From: Felis catus
Taxonomy: Eukaryota
Assembly (NCBI RefSeq): GCF_018350175.1
Contig: NC_058368.1
Location: 172,670,001-172,734,000, forward strand
Direction of reading: 5' to 3'
DNA: 64,000 nucleotides
The stretch's first letter is position 1. Every line of letters begins with the position of its first letter. The position numbers were made by a program, and so were the translations under genes. Under the pieces are notes generated by a model. It had not been told where the DNA came from and searched no databases. It saw only the letters and a list, made by a program, of their open reading frames with translations. Below are positions 51,601 to 63,789 of this stretch, in pieces.

Positions 51601-54600
51601 TGTTTTCACTTTTCGCCTTTCTTCCTAAAAGCAAAATTCCTTATCGGATTCCTTTCAGTTGGCGGGTCTCTCATAAAAGTGAGGTGGTGTAACATTGACA
51701 TTCGAAAAGCGAGGGATATGTGTATCAGCTCAAATAATCAGAACGCCCAAGGGGCACCAACTTCAGGCCCTGCTGACTGCAGGTCTCGGGGTCATCAGGA
51801 CTTTTTCCACTACTTGCGTCTGTTTTTGTCTGCGTTGGCCTTGTTGCCCGCGTACTTTTCCCAAGAAGGTGGCAAAGACGGTGCCACAGTGGTGCCAGGG
51901 TTACATCTCCCCAGCTTAGCACTGCAAAGAGAAGCTTGCACCTCCGTGCAAGCTGATGCGTCAAGGGGCCCGGTGCTGATGCTCACTGGAATAGCTTGTG
52001 TCACATGCCCATCTCTGGACCAATCCCTAGGACTCGGATTAGCCAAGCCCAGGTGACACCCACCGAAGCAGGGGTCAGGCAGCCCTACCTGAACCATAGA
52101 CTGAGTGAGGGAGGATTGGTTCCCTGAAATAAAACAAGATGACATTACCCAAAGAAAGAAGGTAGGTGCTGATGAGGCCAAAATAAGAGATGCTGGCTGT
52201 GTCCGTGGGATTGCATTCAGCTGCAATAACTAAACCTTACCGCAGAGATTTAAACAGAAGCGGTTATTTACTTCAGCCATAAGAATTCCAGAGTTGGGGC
52301 GGCTGGGTGGCTCAGTTGGTTAAGCGTCCGACTTCGTCTCAGGTCATGATCTCACGGTTCGTGAGTTCAAGCCCCATATCAGACTCTGCCATCAGCGTGG
52401 AGCCTGCTTGGGATTCTCGCTCTTTCCCTCTCTCTGCCTCTCCTCTGCTTTCAGTCTGTCTCTCAAAAATAAAAAAAAAATAAACATTTAAAAAGAATTC
52501 CAGAGGGGCACCTGAGTAGCTCGGTCAGTTGAGCATCCGACTCTGGCTCAGGTCATGATCTTATGGGTCGTGGGTTCGAGCCCTGTATCAGGCTCCGTGC
52601 TGACAGCTCAGAGCCTGGAGCCTGCTTTGGATTGGATTCTGTGTCCCCCCTCTCTCTCTGCCCCTCCCCCACTCATGCTCTGTCTCTCAAAAGTGAATAA
52701 AGATTAAAGAATTTTAAAAATAAAAAAATAAAAATAAATAAAAAGAATTCCAGAGCTGAAACAGCAGCTTAAGGATGCCTATTAGTCTTTTCCTGCCTTT
52801 GGCTCGGAAATCCTTAGCATGTGGACCCTTGTCCCCAAGCCTATCATATCATGGTTACCAGATGACTACTCAAGCCCCAGGCCTGATATTCTTGTATATT
52901 CAGGCAGGAAGGAGAGGGAAGGGCCAAATGGCATTATTTTAACAAGGTTTTGCTTTTTGACTCTGGAAGAAAAACCAGAAACTTGCATCTTCATCTCTGT
53001 GTTTGGAATTGTTATCCTATGAGCACCTGGGCTGTAGGGGATTTTGGTAAACTCAGTATTTTAGCCTTTGTCTCCCATAAGAAAGGAAGGGGAAAAGGAA
53101 GAGGGTCATGACAGGCTTTGGGGAGGCCAATCCATAGTGTCTGCCATGTCAGTGCATGAGAGGACAGAAACTGACAGGTAACTCACTGTGTCTGAAGGGC
53201 ATAGAACTATGGAGTGACAAAGCCAGAAATGCAGACACTCAAATTTGTGATTCAAAATCCTGTTCTTTCCGGGGCTCCGGGGTGGCTCAATCGGTTGAGC
53301 ATCCAACTTCGGCTCAGGTCGTGATATTACAGTTCGTGAGTTCCAGCCCCACATTGGACTCACTGCTGTCAGCACAGACCCCGCCTCAGATCCTCTGTCT
53401 CCCTCTCTCTCTGCCCTTCCCTTGCTCATGCTCTCTCTCTCTCAAGAATAAATAAAAACATTTTAAAAAATAATAATAATCTTGATTTTAAAAATCCTGG
53501 GGTGCCTGGGTGGCTCAGTGAGTTGTGTCCAACTCTTGGTTTTGGCTCAGGCATGATCTCACGATTCATGGGTTTGAGCCCTGCGTCGGGCTCTGCACTG
53601 ACAGTGTAGGGACTGCTTGGGATTCTCTCTGTCTCTCTCTCTTTCAAAGTTAATAAACACTAAAAAATCCTGTTCTTCCCACTGAAGCTAAGCACACAGT
53701 AGAGCCTGGCCATATTTTCTGCAGGGCAACCTAGCTGCCAACAGGAGCCAGGCTTGGGACTTTGGTCAGTGTGTGTCATGAGCAAAGAGTGATGGACCAT
53801 CTGCCTTCCCCCATTCATTCTCTTAAGTGTGGGCAGTGTGCCAGATAGTGTGACCCATGCTTGAGGACACGTTGTGAAGTAACAGGCCCTGCCCGCAGGA
53901 GCTCACACTAGGATGGGAAGACTCAGAGGATGTCAGGAGCCAAGGGTACAGTCAGAGGCAAAGGGGGCAGAACAGGCAGGGTGAAAGCTAAAAGGGTTCC
54001 TGTTGTATATGTATGGAAATTGACACCCAGAGAGGAGGAGAAACTGCCCAAGGTTACAGAGCATGAGAGCTATGCTGGAGTGGCCCCAGGCACTGTTGAC
54101 TCCCCGCTTGGGCTCTTCCTGACATTTATGCCTCTCCTTATTTCTGGATACAGAGGCAGAGGTACCAGATGTGGCCAGAGAGCTCTGTGGTGATGTTCAT
54201 ATTAGTAAGGATTACTTTGAGCATGAGCAGTAGAAAACTCAAAATAGTGGCAGCTTATTTCCCACTTAAGAAAGTCCAGATGTGGGCAGTCCAGGACTAG
54301 TAGACAGATCTAGGCTTCTGTATCTTGATCCTTGGCCATTCTCAGCACAGGCTTACTAAACAGTCCAAGAAGACCCTTGAGCCTCAGCTAAAAATCTCCA
54401 CGTTTCAGCCAGCAGGAAGCTGGAAAGGGAAGAAGGAATGGAAGTCTTGTGGCAGCCATCTTTAGAAGATGCTGCCACCCAACCCTTGTGCTTCCATCCC
54501 ATTGGCCAAATCCCAGTCACATGACCCTGCTGAGCTGTAAGAGAGGCTGGGAAATATAGTATCTTTGGGGCAGTCATGTGCCCAGCAAAAAATGGAGGTT

Positions 54601-57600
54601 CCATCAGTAGACAGGAAGGGGGAATTGGATATGATCACAGTCTTTGTCACTGTAATGCCAATTTGTGTTGTGGTGCACTTAAAGTGTGTAGGCATCCGGC
54701 TTCACAATTGTACTATAGGAAGTCAGTTTGGTATTCCCGTCTTTTAGATGAGGGAATTTTGCCCAAGATCATAGTCATTTCCCAGCCAGGCTAGGCCATA
54801 CCCCATTAAACTGTTTTAACAGAATGGGCTGGATCCCAGAACCTTTCCTGAGCTGGGCATCTACAAATCAAGGCCCTCCTGTTCAATGACTGCTCTGTCT
54901 GTGTTACACTGCACTCTTGTCCTACCTCACTCCCCCTTCCCGGGTGGGCAGGGTTATCACCCAGGCCACAGATGGGAAGCCAAGGCTAATAGGGCCTGGC
55001 TGGCTCCCAGGTCCTGGAGTAAGCCTTGGGTGGCAAACCCTCTCGTGCCCCAGCTCAGGCTAATGTTCCACAGAAACTCAGGGGCCCTTAGCTTCCCCTC
55101 TTACAAGGACTCAGGACCTGACAAACTCTAGGAAGCCCCCACCTCACCCTGGGGGGAAGGTGAAGGAAGCTTACCTCCGCAACCTGCTGGGTGCTCCATG
55201 CCCTGTCTGCACCCAGAGCTGAGAACTGTGCCTGCCCTGGGAGATCAGCGTGGAGCACGAGGAGAGAAATACAGGACAGTCAAATTGTCTCAGTGGAGGT
55301 GGAGGGAAGCAGCACAGCATGAGTGACACATTAGATGGGGCCTACCCTGGTTTGGGGACCACATCTGGAATCCTATACTCTTTTCTTTTGTTCTTTCATT
55401 CTTTCTCTTTCTTTCTTGAGAGAGAAAGAGCACGAACCAGAGAAAAGGCAGAGAGAAGGAGAGAGAGAATCTTAAACAGGCTCCACACTCAGCACGGAGC
55501 CTGATGCAGGGCTTGATCCCATGACCCTGGGATCATGACCTGAGCCAAAACCAGGAGTCAGACGCTCAACCAACTGAGTCACATAGGTGCCCTTGGAAAC
55601 CTATACTCTTTAGGCTCACCTCTCATCACTAGCCCCTCTCCAGTGCTCCAGTCATGTGGGCCCTTTCATTTTGCCAGTGTGCTGTTTCCCTTACCACAGG
55701 ACCTTTGCACATTCTGTCCTCTCCACCAGGAATACTAGTTTAGCACCCTTTTTATCTTGTTCCTTCTCATCTTGGACTCATATCATTTCCTTAGGAACAC
55801 CTCCCATGAGATGTAATCCTTCTACCAGGCTAGGGCTCCCACAGTTTGCTCATTACTTCCCAGTCCTTTTGCCCCATCTTTTCCCCAGGTGTGAACTCCA
55901 TGGGCTGGGACCAGGGCTGTTTTGCTCTTGCTTTAGATTGGGCTCTGTGTACAGGAGGTGGTCAGTAAATGGTTGAAGGAATGGATGGAAGTGGCCTCTA
56001 AGCTGAACTTTAAAAATGAGTAGGAATTAGCTTGAAGAAGGGTCAGGAAAGAGCACTCCAAGCAGAAGGAATAGCTTGTATCACAAGGTAACACCTGGGA
56101 AGGGTGTGAGATGAGGCAGAAGAGGTGAGCGGGGGCCGTGTTAGGAGATTGGAGCTGGGGCTGATGAGGTCAGCTGTGCTGCAGCAAGCTTCCTCTGGGA
56201 AGGGGGAAACAGAGCTAGGGAAGGGAACAGGCTGCTGGGGCCTGGGTCAGGGCAGTGGGGATGGGAGAGGCAGACAGATTTAGGAACTAGGGCGTAAAAT
56301 AAACACTGGTAACTGACTTACAGGTTCTTCTGGATACCAGCAGAAATCTGCCTCCCTGCTCACACATCCACTGGACCCAGCTCTGGGCTGCCCATGCTCT
56401 TGCCCGAGCCCCCTGTCCTGCCAGCTTGCCAGCTTGCAGCCAAGTTCCTTCCCTTGGACCCTTGGTCCGCTCCTTGAAAAGAGGCAACACCAGACAGTGG
56501 GAAGAGCCAGCTTTGAAGCTAGCCAGACTTGGGCACAAAACCCATTTCTACCATCTCTTGACTATGTGACCTGGTGCAAGTCACTGTCTCTGGGCCTCAC
56601 TAAAATGGTGGCAGTAACTTCCTGGCCAGGATGGTTGTGAGGTATATGTGAGATGTGACATAGATGCAGAGGGCACAGATAGGCCGTCTGAGAGCTAGGT
56701 GCCGCCCACATGTCTTGCTTGGTCTACATTGTCCTTTTAAATTAATGGGCAATAGGGGCGCCTGGGTAGCTTAATTGGTTGAGTGTCCAATTTTGGCTCA
56801 GGTCATGATCTTGCAGTTTGTGAGTTCAAGCCCTCCATTGGGCTCGCTGCTGTCAGCACAGAGCCCGTTTCGAATCCTCTGTCCACCCCCTCCCCCTGCT
56901 CCTCCCCTGCTCACACTCTCACACACACTCTCTCAAAAATAAATAAACAACAACAAAAATAATAATAAATTAGTGGGCACCATTTGAAAATCAGATTTCA
57001 CTTTAACACCTAGATTTCAACCTGACCCTTCCAGGCATTTCTGCACAAACTGGTCTTCACCATCCCTACAGGCAGAAATAGGTGCTCCCCCAATGACACC
57101 TTGGCAGGCACAGGGTCTGGGACCCCCAACATAAATGTAGGAGTATTCTTTTTTTTTTTTTTTTTTAACGTTTATTTGTTTTTGAGACATAGAGAGACAG
57201 AGCATGAACGGGGGAGGGTCAGAGAGAGAGAGAGGGAGACACAGAATCTGAAACAGGCTCCAGGTTCTGAGCTGTCAGCACAGAGCCCGACGCGGGGCTT
57301 GAACTCACGAACCGTGAGATCATGACCTGAGCCGAAGTCGGACACTTAACCGACTGAGCCACCCAGGCGCCCCTGTTAGGAGCATTCTTACAACAACCTG
57401 CAAGGCTGGGATTAGGTTCCCAGATCACAAGGGAAGGAACCAACTGTCAAGAGGAGGTAACTTGGCCAAGTTACCCAGCTAAGAAGCAAGGTCTGGTTGG
57501 AGCCACAGATCCGACCCCCTCAAAGCCCCACACTGCCCTCTGCCTGCTCTAGATCTGAATGCTGCTGACCCTGGTTGGCCCAAGGGTCCTCAGGATTGAC

Positions 57601-59487
57601 AGCCGAGGCCAGTGAGAGCACAGACTCTCCCTGAGCCTCTGCTTCCTCCCACTCCAGTAGTGCAGGTTAACTCGCAAATATTTGCTGATGAGCACCCACA
57701 GAGACAGGCACTGTTACAGTACATCCACTAATAGAATAGTCACAACTCGCTCCCTCCTTGACTTTACATCTGAGCAGGAAGAAGGGAGGAAAGGCAGATG
57801 ATAAGCCATAGACACAATAAGTAAATTACTTGGTGGTGTGTTAGTAAAAATGTTCAGGGATAAAGAGAACAGAGTTAAAAGTATTGGGAACATGGCATTG
57901 GAAAGGCAGATTGGGGGCACATGGGTGGCTTAAGTCGGTTAAGCATCCGACTTCAGCTCAGGTCATGATTTCATAGTTCGTGAGTTCAAGCCCAGCATCA
58001 GGCTCTGTGCTGACAGCTTGAAGCCTGGAGTCTGCTTCGGATTCTGTGTCTCCCTCTCTCTCTGCCCCTCTCTTGCTCGTGCTCGGTCTCTCTCTTTTTC
58101 AAAAGTAAATAAACATTTAAAAAAATTTTTTTTAATTAAAAAAAAAAAGGAAAGGCAGACTAGGAAGTATTAACTGGTGTTGTCAGAACGGGCCTCATGG
58201 AGAAAGGGATATTGAAGCAGAAACTTGAAGGCAGTGAGGGGTGAGACGTGGAGATACCTGGGGTAGAGCAGTCCAGGCAGAGGGGACAGCCAGCGTGAAG
58301 CCCCAAGACTGGCAGGCCCGGTGCATCAACCATAGGCAAGAGGCCATGTGGGGAGCTCAGAGGATACAGAGGCCAGAGGGAAAGGCAGGGAGGCATTCGA
58401 GCAGAGGGGAATGTGGTCTCACTCAGGTTGGTATCAGTCTGTAGGGGCAGAAGGAGGAGCTCAGAAGTCAGTGTTACTGTGCATCACCAAGGCCAGGGGT
58501 GCCTGAGGTTCACACCCCACGTCAGATAGGAAGTAAGAAGTGGGCAAGATCTGGATTCACCTTGAAGGCGGACCCAGCAGGAGTTCCTGGAGGATCCGAT
58601 GTGGTGCATGAGAGAAAGCAGGGCATATGGCCTGAGCAGATGGAAGGATGGAGTTGCTGTCAACTGAGATAGGGACAGCTGTCAGGGAGGCAGGTTTGGG
58701 ATACAGAGGTTAGGAGCTGAGATTTGGACACGGCAAATCTCAGAAACATAGTGGACATCCGCGGGGAGACCTCAGGGCCCGAGGCAGAGTGAGAATGGTG
58801 TATGTGCAGATGTAACATTTACCACAGGAAGGAAGAGGGCCCAAGGCCAGCCTTCCTGTGTCCCCAGCTCTGGAGAGGAGGGGCTGAGCTGCCTGGTGAC
58901 TGTAGCATCCTCCTAGGAGATCATGCATGCCCTAAAGATGACCTGGCATGTGCACTGCTTTACCTGCGCGGCCTGCAAGACGCCCATTCGGAACAGGGCC
59001 TTTTACATGGAGGAAGGCGCACCCTACTGCGAGCGAGGTAGGGGGGTGGCAAAGGGGGGGCACGGGTAAGGGATGGGGGTGGGGCAGGCCAGAACCCAGT
59101 GCCCCCTTCCTCTCTGCCTCCATCCTCAGACTATGAGAAGATGTTTGGCACGAAATGCCGGGGCTGTGACTTCAAGATCGATGCAGGGGACCGCTTCCTG
59201 GAGGCGCTGGGCTTCAGCTGGCATGACACTTGCTTCGTGTGTGCGGTGAGTGCCCCCCTCCCTGGACTTGGGTCTCACCCCTGTGCCATGTTCTTTACCA
59301 GCCTCCCTCCCACCCCCTGCCTCTGGAATTCCTGAGAGGTTGGGATGGGGACTCTCCTGCCACCCCCAACCGCATGTGACTTGACCTTGGCTGTCCTCAG
59401 ATATGCCAGATCAACCTGGAAGGAAAGACTTTCTACTCCAAGAAGGACAAGCCCCTCTGCAAGAGCCACGCCTTTTCCCATGTGTGA
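42608..59487 (+). CDS. PDLIM7: PDZ and LIM domain protein 7 (Enigma/LMP-1), long isoform, 458 aa
   Basis: join(42608-42703,46471-46622,46703-46733,47220-47338,48005-48141,48303-48339,49375-49436,49593-49830,50830-51010,58917-59037,59130-59245,59401-59487) = 1377 nt. N-terminal PDZ ([12 protein letters not shown]), [16 protein letters not shown] motif, three LIM domains (CHQC.., CAKC.., CRGC..), ends [12 protein letters not shown]. Confidence 0.97.
44930..45115 (+). mobile_element. MIR
   Basis: GGCAAGTTACATAACCTGTC..CATGTGTAAAATG..GGTGCTCAATAAATGTAAGCT matches the MIR core and 3' end. Confidence 0.7.
47741..47757 (+). CDS. PDLIM7: PDLIM7 17-nt alternative microexon (VQTPDK)
   Basis: Long pyrimidine tract then cacag|GTGCAGACCCCTGACAA|gtcagt. 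Same phase change (2 mod 3) as the 119-nt exon 47220-47338. Confidence 0.85.
48646..48742 (+). CDS. PDLIM7: PDLIM7 alternative terminal exon giving a LIM-less short isoform (222 aa)
   Basis: Very strong pyrimidine tract then cccag|G GAA AAG.. encoding [35 protein letters not shown], in phase with exon 48303-48339. Has its own AATAAA at 48965. Confidence 0.88.
48965..48970 (+). terminator. Internal (short isoform) poly(A) signal AATAAA of PDLIM7
   Basis: AATAAA ~220 nt after the alternative stop, followed by a T/GT-rich tract. Confidence 0.8.
51236..51722. mobile_element. TcMar-Tigger-like MITE inserted in an older LTR
   Basis: TA at both ends (51234-51235, 51723-51724). Degenerate TIRs: CAGGTTTCCCCGGTTCTCTGAAAG versus reverse complement CACATATCCCTCGCTTTTCGAATG. 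Subfamily not assigned. Confidence 0.6.
52296..52492 (+). mobile_element. Can-SINE (first of tandem pair 1)
   Basis: GGGGCGGCTGGGTGGCTCAGTTGGTTAAGCGTCCGAC head and A-tail, flanked by AAGAATTCCAGAG. Confidence 0.92.
52506..52742 (+). mobile_element. Can-SINE (second of tandem pair 1)
   Basis: GGGCACCTGAGTAGCTCGGTCAGTTGAGCATCCGAC head and A-tail, flanked by AAGAATTCCAGAG. Confidence 0.92.
53271..53490 (+). mobile_element. Can-SINE (first of tandem pair 2)
   Basis: GGGGCTCCGGGGTGGCTCAATCGGTTGAGCATCC head, flanked by AAAATCCTG. Confidence 0.9.
53500..53663 (+). mobile_element. Can-SINE (second of tandem pair 2)
   Basis: GGGTGCCTGGGTGGCTCAGTGAGTTG head, flanked by AAAATCCTG. Confidence 0.9.
55381..55592 (-). 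mobile_element. Can-SINE, older
   Basis: Head ..GACGCTCAACCAACTGAGTCACATAGGTGCCC. TSD GGAATCCTATACTCTTT / GGAAACCTATACTCTTT. Confidence 0.88.
56755..56966 (+). mobile_element. Can-SINE
   Basis: GGGGCGCCTGGGTAGCTTAATTGGTTGAG head. TSD AAATTAATGGGCA / AAATTAGTGGGCA. Confidence 0.9.
57149..57373 (-). mobile_element. Felid SINE (SINEC_Fc type)
   Basis: Poly-T tail, head ..GACACTTAACCGACTGAGCCACCCAGGCGCCCC. TSD TAGGAGTATTCTT / TAGGAGCATTCTT. Confidence 0.93.
57913..58149 (+). mobile_element. Felid SINE (SINEC_Fc type)
   Basis: GGGGGCACATGGGTGGCTTAAGTCGGTTAAGCATCCGAC head. TSD GAAAGGCAGATT / GAAAGGCAGACT. Confidence 0.92.
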
Positions 59488-59719
59488 GCCCCTCCCATCC
59501 ACTGCTGCCTCATCCAGCCCAGCCAGAGGGATTGCCAGTTCTTGAGTCATCACCCCAGATTTCTGGATAGGGTTGGCAAAGGTCACCCCAACCCCAATTC
59601 CTGGCCTGAGCCTGGGGTTCCCTGGGCCCTGCCCTACCCCCTCCATTTCCCCCCACTCCCTCCACCACCACCACACATCGGTGCTGGCCACACCAGTCCC
59701 TGTTCACATTCAGTGCCAC

Positions 59720-59725
59720 AATAAA
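59720..59725 (+). terminator. PDLIM7 distal poly(A) signal AATAAA
   Basis: AATAAA ~230 nt after the final stop codon. Confidence 0.8.
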
Positions 59726-62700
59726 CCTATATCCAGCTATGCCCCATGTGTGCTGCCTATGCATTAGGAAAGGTGTGGTTTGAGGCACAGCAGGGTGGAG
59801 ATTAAGATGGTTTTCCCAGGGCTAGCCATCCTGGTTATCCTTGTGATGGGGACTTGGACAGCTCATGGTCTGCAGGAGGAGGTAAATGGGGATCGCATGT
59901 GTGGGCCCCAGCACCTACAGAAGTGGGGGGCGCCTAATCTGGACTGGCTTGGAGGTCAGAAAGGAGGAGTTGGAGGTACATCTGCAGAAATGGGGTATGG
60001 AAAACAGTGACAGCCAGAGTGAAGGCCCAGAGGTGTCAGCCCTGTGCTGCAACAGAGGGTAAGGCTGGAGAGTGCAGCCCTCAGGTCCTGGGAAGCCACA
60101 AGTGCCAGGCCAAGGATCTGGGACTTCATCTTGAGGGTGGGGTAGGGGTGTCAGGGCACAGAAGAGTGTGAAATAGGAAGCAACCAGTTCAGATTTGTGT
60201 TGTAAAAGAGTTCCGAGAACTGTGAGCAAGGTGGACAGAAGGAGAGGGACGAGGAGGAGGGGCAGGAGCCACAGGAAGGGAGGAGCAGAGAGTGATTTGG
60301 CAGAGATGGGACCCGATGACAGACCCCATGGAGCCTAGAGTGGGGGCCTGAAGGATGAGAGGTCAGGAGAGGCAAGAAGGCAATTCTGATACGCATCTGG
60401 AATATACCAGCCACTGCTTACACTGTCCCGTGCCATCCTCCCAGCCACCCTGTGAGGTGTTTACTCTCATTGTAGACATGAGAGGTTAGGAGACCTGACG
60501 AAGGTTTCATAGCTCCTGAGCCCTGAGCCACACTAGACACCAGGCCTGAAGCTGGGCACACAGTCCCGGGATGGGCTGGCACTAAGCACCTTCACCAGCG
60601 AGTGTCCCTTAAAAGCTCCCTTCTGCCTGCTATTACAAAACCTGGAGGCTCTGGTGGTGGCCCCATGTTTCTCTGGGGACCCTTGCTTACCACTGATGCC
60701 CTCCACCACCCTGGGAGGACTGTCTTCTCTCCTATCTCACCTGCACTAGAGAGGGACCGAGGAGAGGAGCCCAAACTAGGGCTAGGATAACTCAGCCTGC
60801 CCATGGCCACCTGTCCTTCAGGGCTCCCTGGCATGAGGACCTTTAGCACATCTGAAGTTGCTGACAATCTCAACAGGTCCTTGGGCCCATCCTTTTTAAG
60901 AGAAGAAACGGCCACTCTGTTGTGTTCTCCTGAGGACCCCTGGAGCATAAGTGCAGCGCTTCCTGTGTTATTTTCAGAGCCTAGAACAGTGCCTGGCACA
61001 TAGTGGATGCCCAATGAATGTTAAATGACTGGATGACATGCCTGTGGGACATTTAGGTGACAAATTCAGAAAGTGGATGAAGAGTCAAGTCCGTATTCAC
61101 CTCAGATTCAATTCAGGAATGAGTTTGGGACAGGGATGGGGAGGTCACAGATGCTTGTAATTGATGGCCGGAGAGAGGGCTGAGGAGCAGGACCCAGGTA
61201 GGCCACAGCAGGAGTAAAGCAGGTGAGATGCGGTTTCCTTTGGAACTAAGACATCCCTAGCATATTAAACACAGTATCTTTCACTTCCACAAAGAAATGC
61301 ACTCTCTCCCACTTCTCTTGAACCGTGAAGCCCTCTCAGTCCATCCTTGGTTTCCATGGATACAAGCGAGCAAGAACACAGGGAAGGATGCTGAGTGCTG
61401 CTGGGAGCAGTCTGGGGGGAGCTTCTGGGGGCAGCCACTCTCGGCCTGAAGCAAGGGCCGCCATGTGTGAACGCTGAGCTGTGGCCACATCTGACAGTTT
61501 ACCAAGGGCACCCAGAGATTCAGACTTTAATATGAAATCTGGTTTTTGGATGTTGGCAACTAAGTTAGATTCTTTTTTAACCTGTTTAAAAAAATAATAA
61601 TAAACATGGAACAAATCCAGCATGAGGACAGCCACGGAAGAAATGAGAGGGCAGGAAGCAGCAACATCACAGCGCTAGGCAGAGAAAGCAGAAGGAGCCT
61701 CCAGAGGCAGAGGACAGATGACAGCCTCTGGAGAGCTAAGGGCAGGGAGGCGAGGGCAGGGAAGGAGTGTTTCCAGAAGTTGCCAACAGTGTCATCCAGG
61801 CAGATAAGGCCAAGGAGTCCCCATCACATTTCGCAACAAAGTGATGATGTTTGCCAGATCAGTTTAGCAGAGAGCTGGGGCAGCAGCCAGGGTTAGAGGA
61901 ACTAGGCGGGGGAGGGCCGGTGAGATGTAGAATGAGAGTAGATGAGAGAGTGTAGACAACTCTCTTAAGAGGCTTGGCTGTGGTGGGCCAGGAGGAAGTC
62001 TGACCACTAGCAGCTACAGTCAGCTGGGCAGCCAAGATGGGTGGAGGGAGGAAGATCGGCGGTATCTGCCCAGGGAAGGTGGCAGAAGAAAGGGAAGTTG
62101 GGGTGGGAGTGGGGTGGGGGCTGAGGCAGGGTTGGGGGAACAGTGGGGACAGAAGGGTGAAGAACAGAGAGTTGGAGACTGAATCTCAGGAAAGAGGAGC
62201 TAGCCTAGATGGAAATAAACGCAAGCATGGAGCACCTGCTCTGAACATTGCCTCTCTCTACCTGGAACCACAGGGCAATAGCTTATATATAATTTAATCC
62301 TAGAAAATCACTTAAGAGAGATGTCACTAAAGGCATGTTTCATATGAGGGAACTGAGGCTCAGAGAGTGAAAACGACCTGTCCAAAGCCACTCAGCCAGA
62401 ACATCTTGGGTATGTTCCTCCAAAGATCAAAAGCTGAGGTGCTCCCCACTGTACCTCCCAACTGTCCCCTCCAAACCTTAGAGCTGCAAGGATCACAGTG
62501 TTCCAAAGCTGGGGTGTGAGGCTGTGCGGGTGGAGGCCATGGGAACTGGGAAATGTCCTTGTGCCAGGCAGGGGAGGCCATTAGCGCCCTTGGAGAGTGC
62601 AATCTCCAACCGAGGGGGCAGAGCCCACAGCGGGGGCATGAGTGGGCAACCAGAGAGGCAGCAGGCAAAGGAGGGGCTTTTGCCTGCTCTGAGCAGTTTG

Positions 62701-63789
62701 AGCTCATTTGAAGTCAGCAGGAAGAGAGGCAGTGCAGGGTGAGGGACTGGAGTACAGAGGACAGAGAACTGATGATTCTGGTCCTGCCTCCTCAGTGCCG
62801 GCTCTGATGTAGTCTTGGAACATGCACAGTCCCGTGGACCCCTCCAAGCAGTCCTACTAGGGGAAGGCAGCTGAGAGCATGGGGGAAAGGGCTGGGCCCC
62901 TCGGTGCACAGATTCCAACAACCCTGTGAGTGGAGGAAGGGCCCCTCCTCAATGGAGCCTAAAGGGGGGAGGAGGACTAGGGCTCCAGGGGCTGTAGTGG
63001 AGCAAGAAGCTTGCTGGGAGTCTGGGAAGAACTCATGGGGCCAGGCCAGCCCTGGGAGATTGTGTGGTGAGGTCACTGCGAATGGCCAGGGAAGGCCCCA
63101 GGACAGGACTGGGTCCTTCCACTCAGGGCTGGGGCGGGGTGGGGCACTAAAAGGCCAACTCAGCTTTCACCCATTTCCCTGTCACTGACAAAAGTGACTA
63201 CTACTTGGGTAGATTAGGAGGGACTCCTGCCACTCAAACGAGTTTAAGCTAAAACAGGAATAATTTGGCTCATTTAACTAGAAAAGTTAATGGCAGTAGG
63301 AGTCTCTCTGAGCTTGCTTTCTTGCTTACTTTCCATGTCTCAGCTCTGTTTTCCTCATGCTGGCTGTATTGTCAGGTGGCTCTCCCCATTATTGGTAAAA
63401 ATGCCCCTCAACCAGCCCCAGGCCCACATCCTGCCAGCTCAGTAGCCCAGGTAGAAGCTTTCTCAGCGGTTCCAGCAATAGGCTCAGAGCTAACACCCAT
63501 TGGACCGACTTGGGAAACATGTCCATCCCTGAAGCAGTCCCTGCAGCTGACCACCAGCGTGGACTACATGCTCCCCTCTGGAGCCTGTAGTGGAAAAGCA
63601 GCCAGAAAACAGGGATAGGGATGGCACTGGGCACACCTCCTCCCCTCCACACCCAGAACCCCGGCCCCCTGACTCTCACCCTAGTCTCCACAGCTATAGC
63701 CTCAAGAACTACTTCTGACCGAATTCTAGCCAGGCCACACCCCTGGAAATGGGGGTGACAGGAGGGGAAGCAGGGAGAGCATATGGTTG

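Larger units (their letters stand above)
51160..53050. mobile_element. Degenerate ERVL (LTR33-like) LTR sequences hosting the MITE and SINEs
   Basis: CACATGCCCATCTCTGGACCAATC and ATTGCATTCAGCTGCAATAAC motifs. Similar LTR relics at ~54200-54620 (MLT1-like) and ~63200-63560. Confidence 0.45.

Noticed and set aside
52281-53680. Short direct repeats separated by ~200-bp segments, superficially like a repeat-spacer array
   Set aside because: The spacers are SINE bodies and the repeats are target-site duplications.
55170-55176. Antisense consensus splice donor suggesting an antisense lncRNA in PDLIM7 intron 11
   Set aside because: A single 7-mer with no identifiable acceptor, promoter or poly(A) partner. 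Such matches are frequent by chance.
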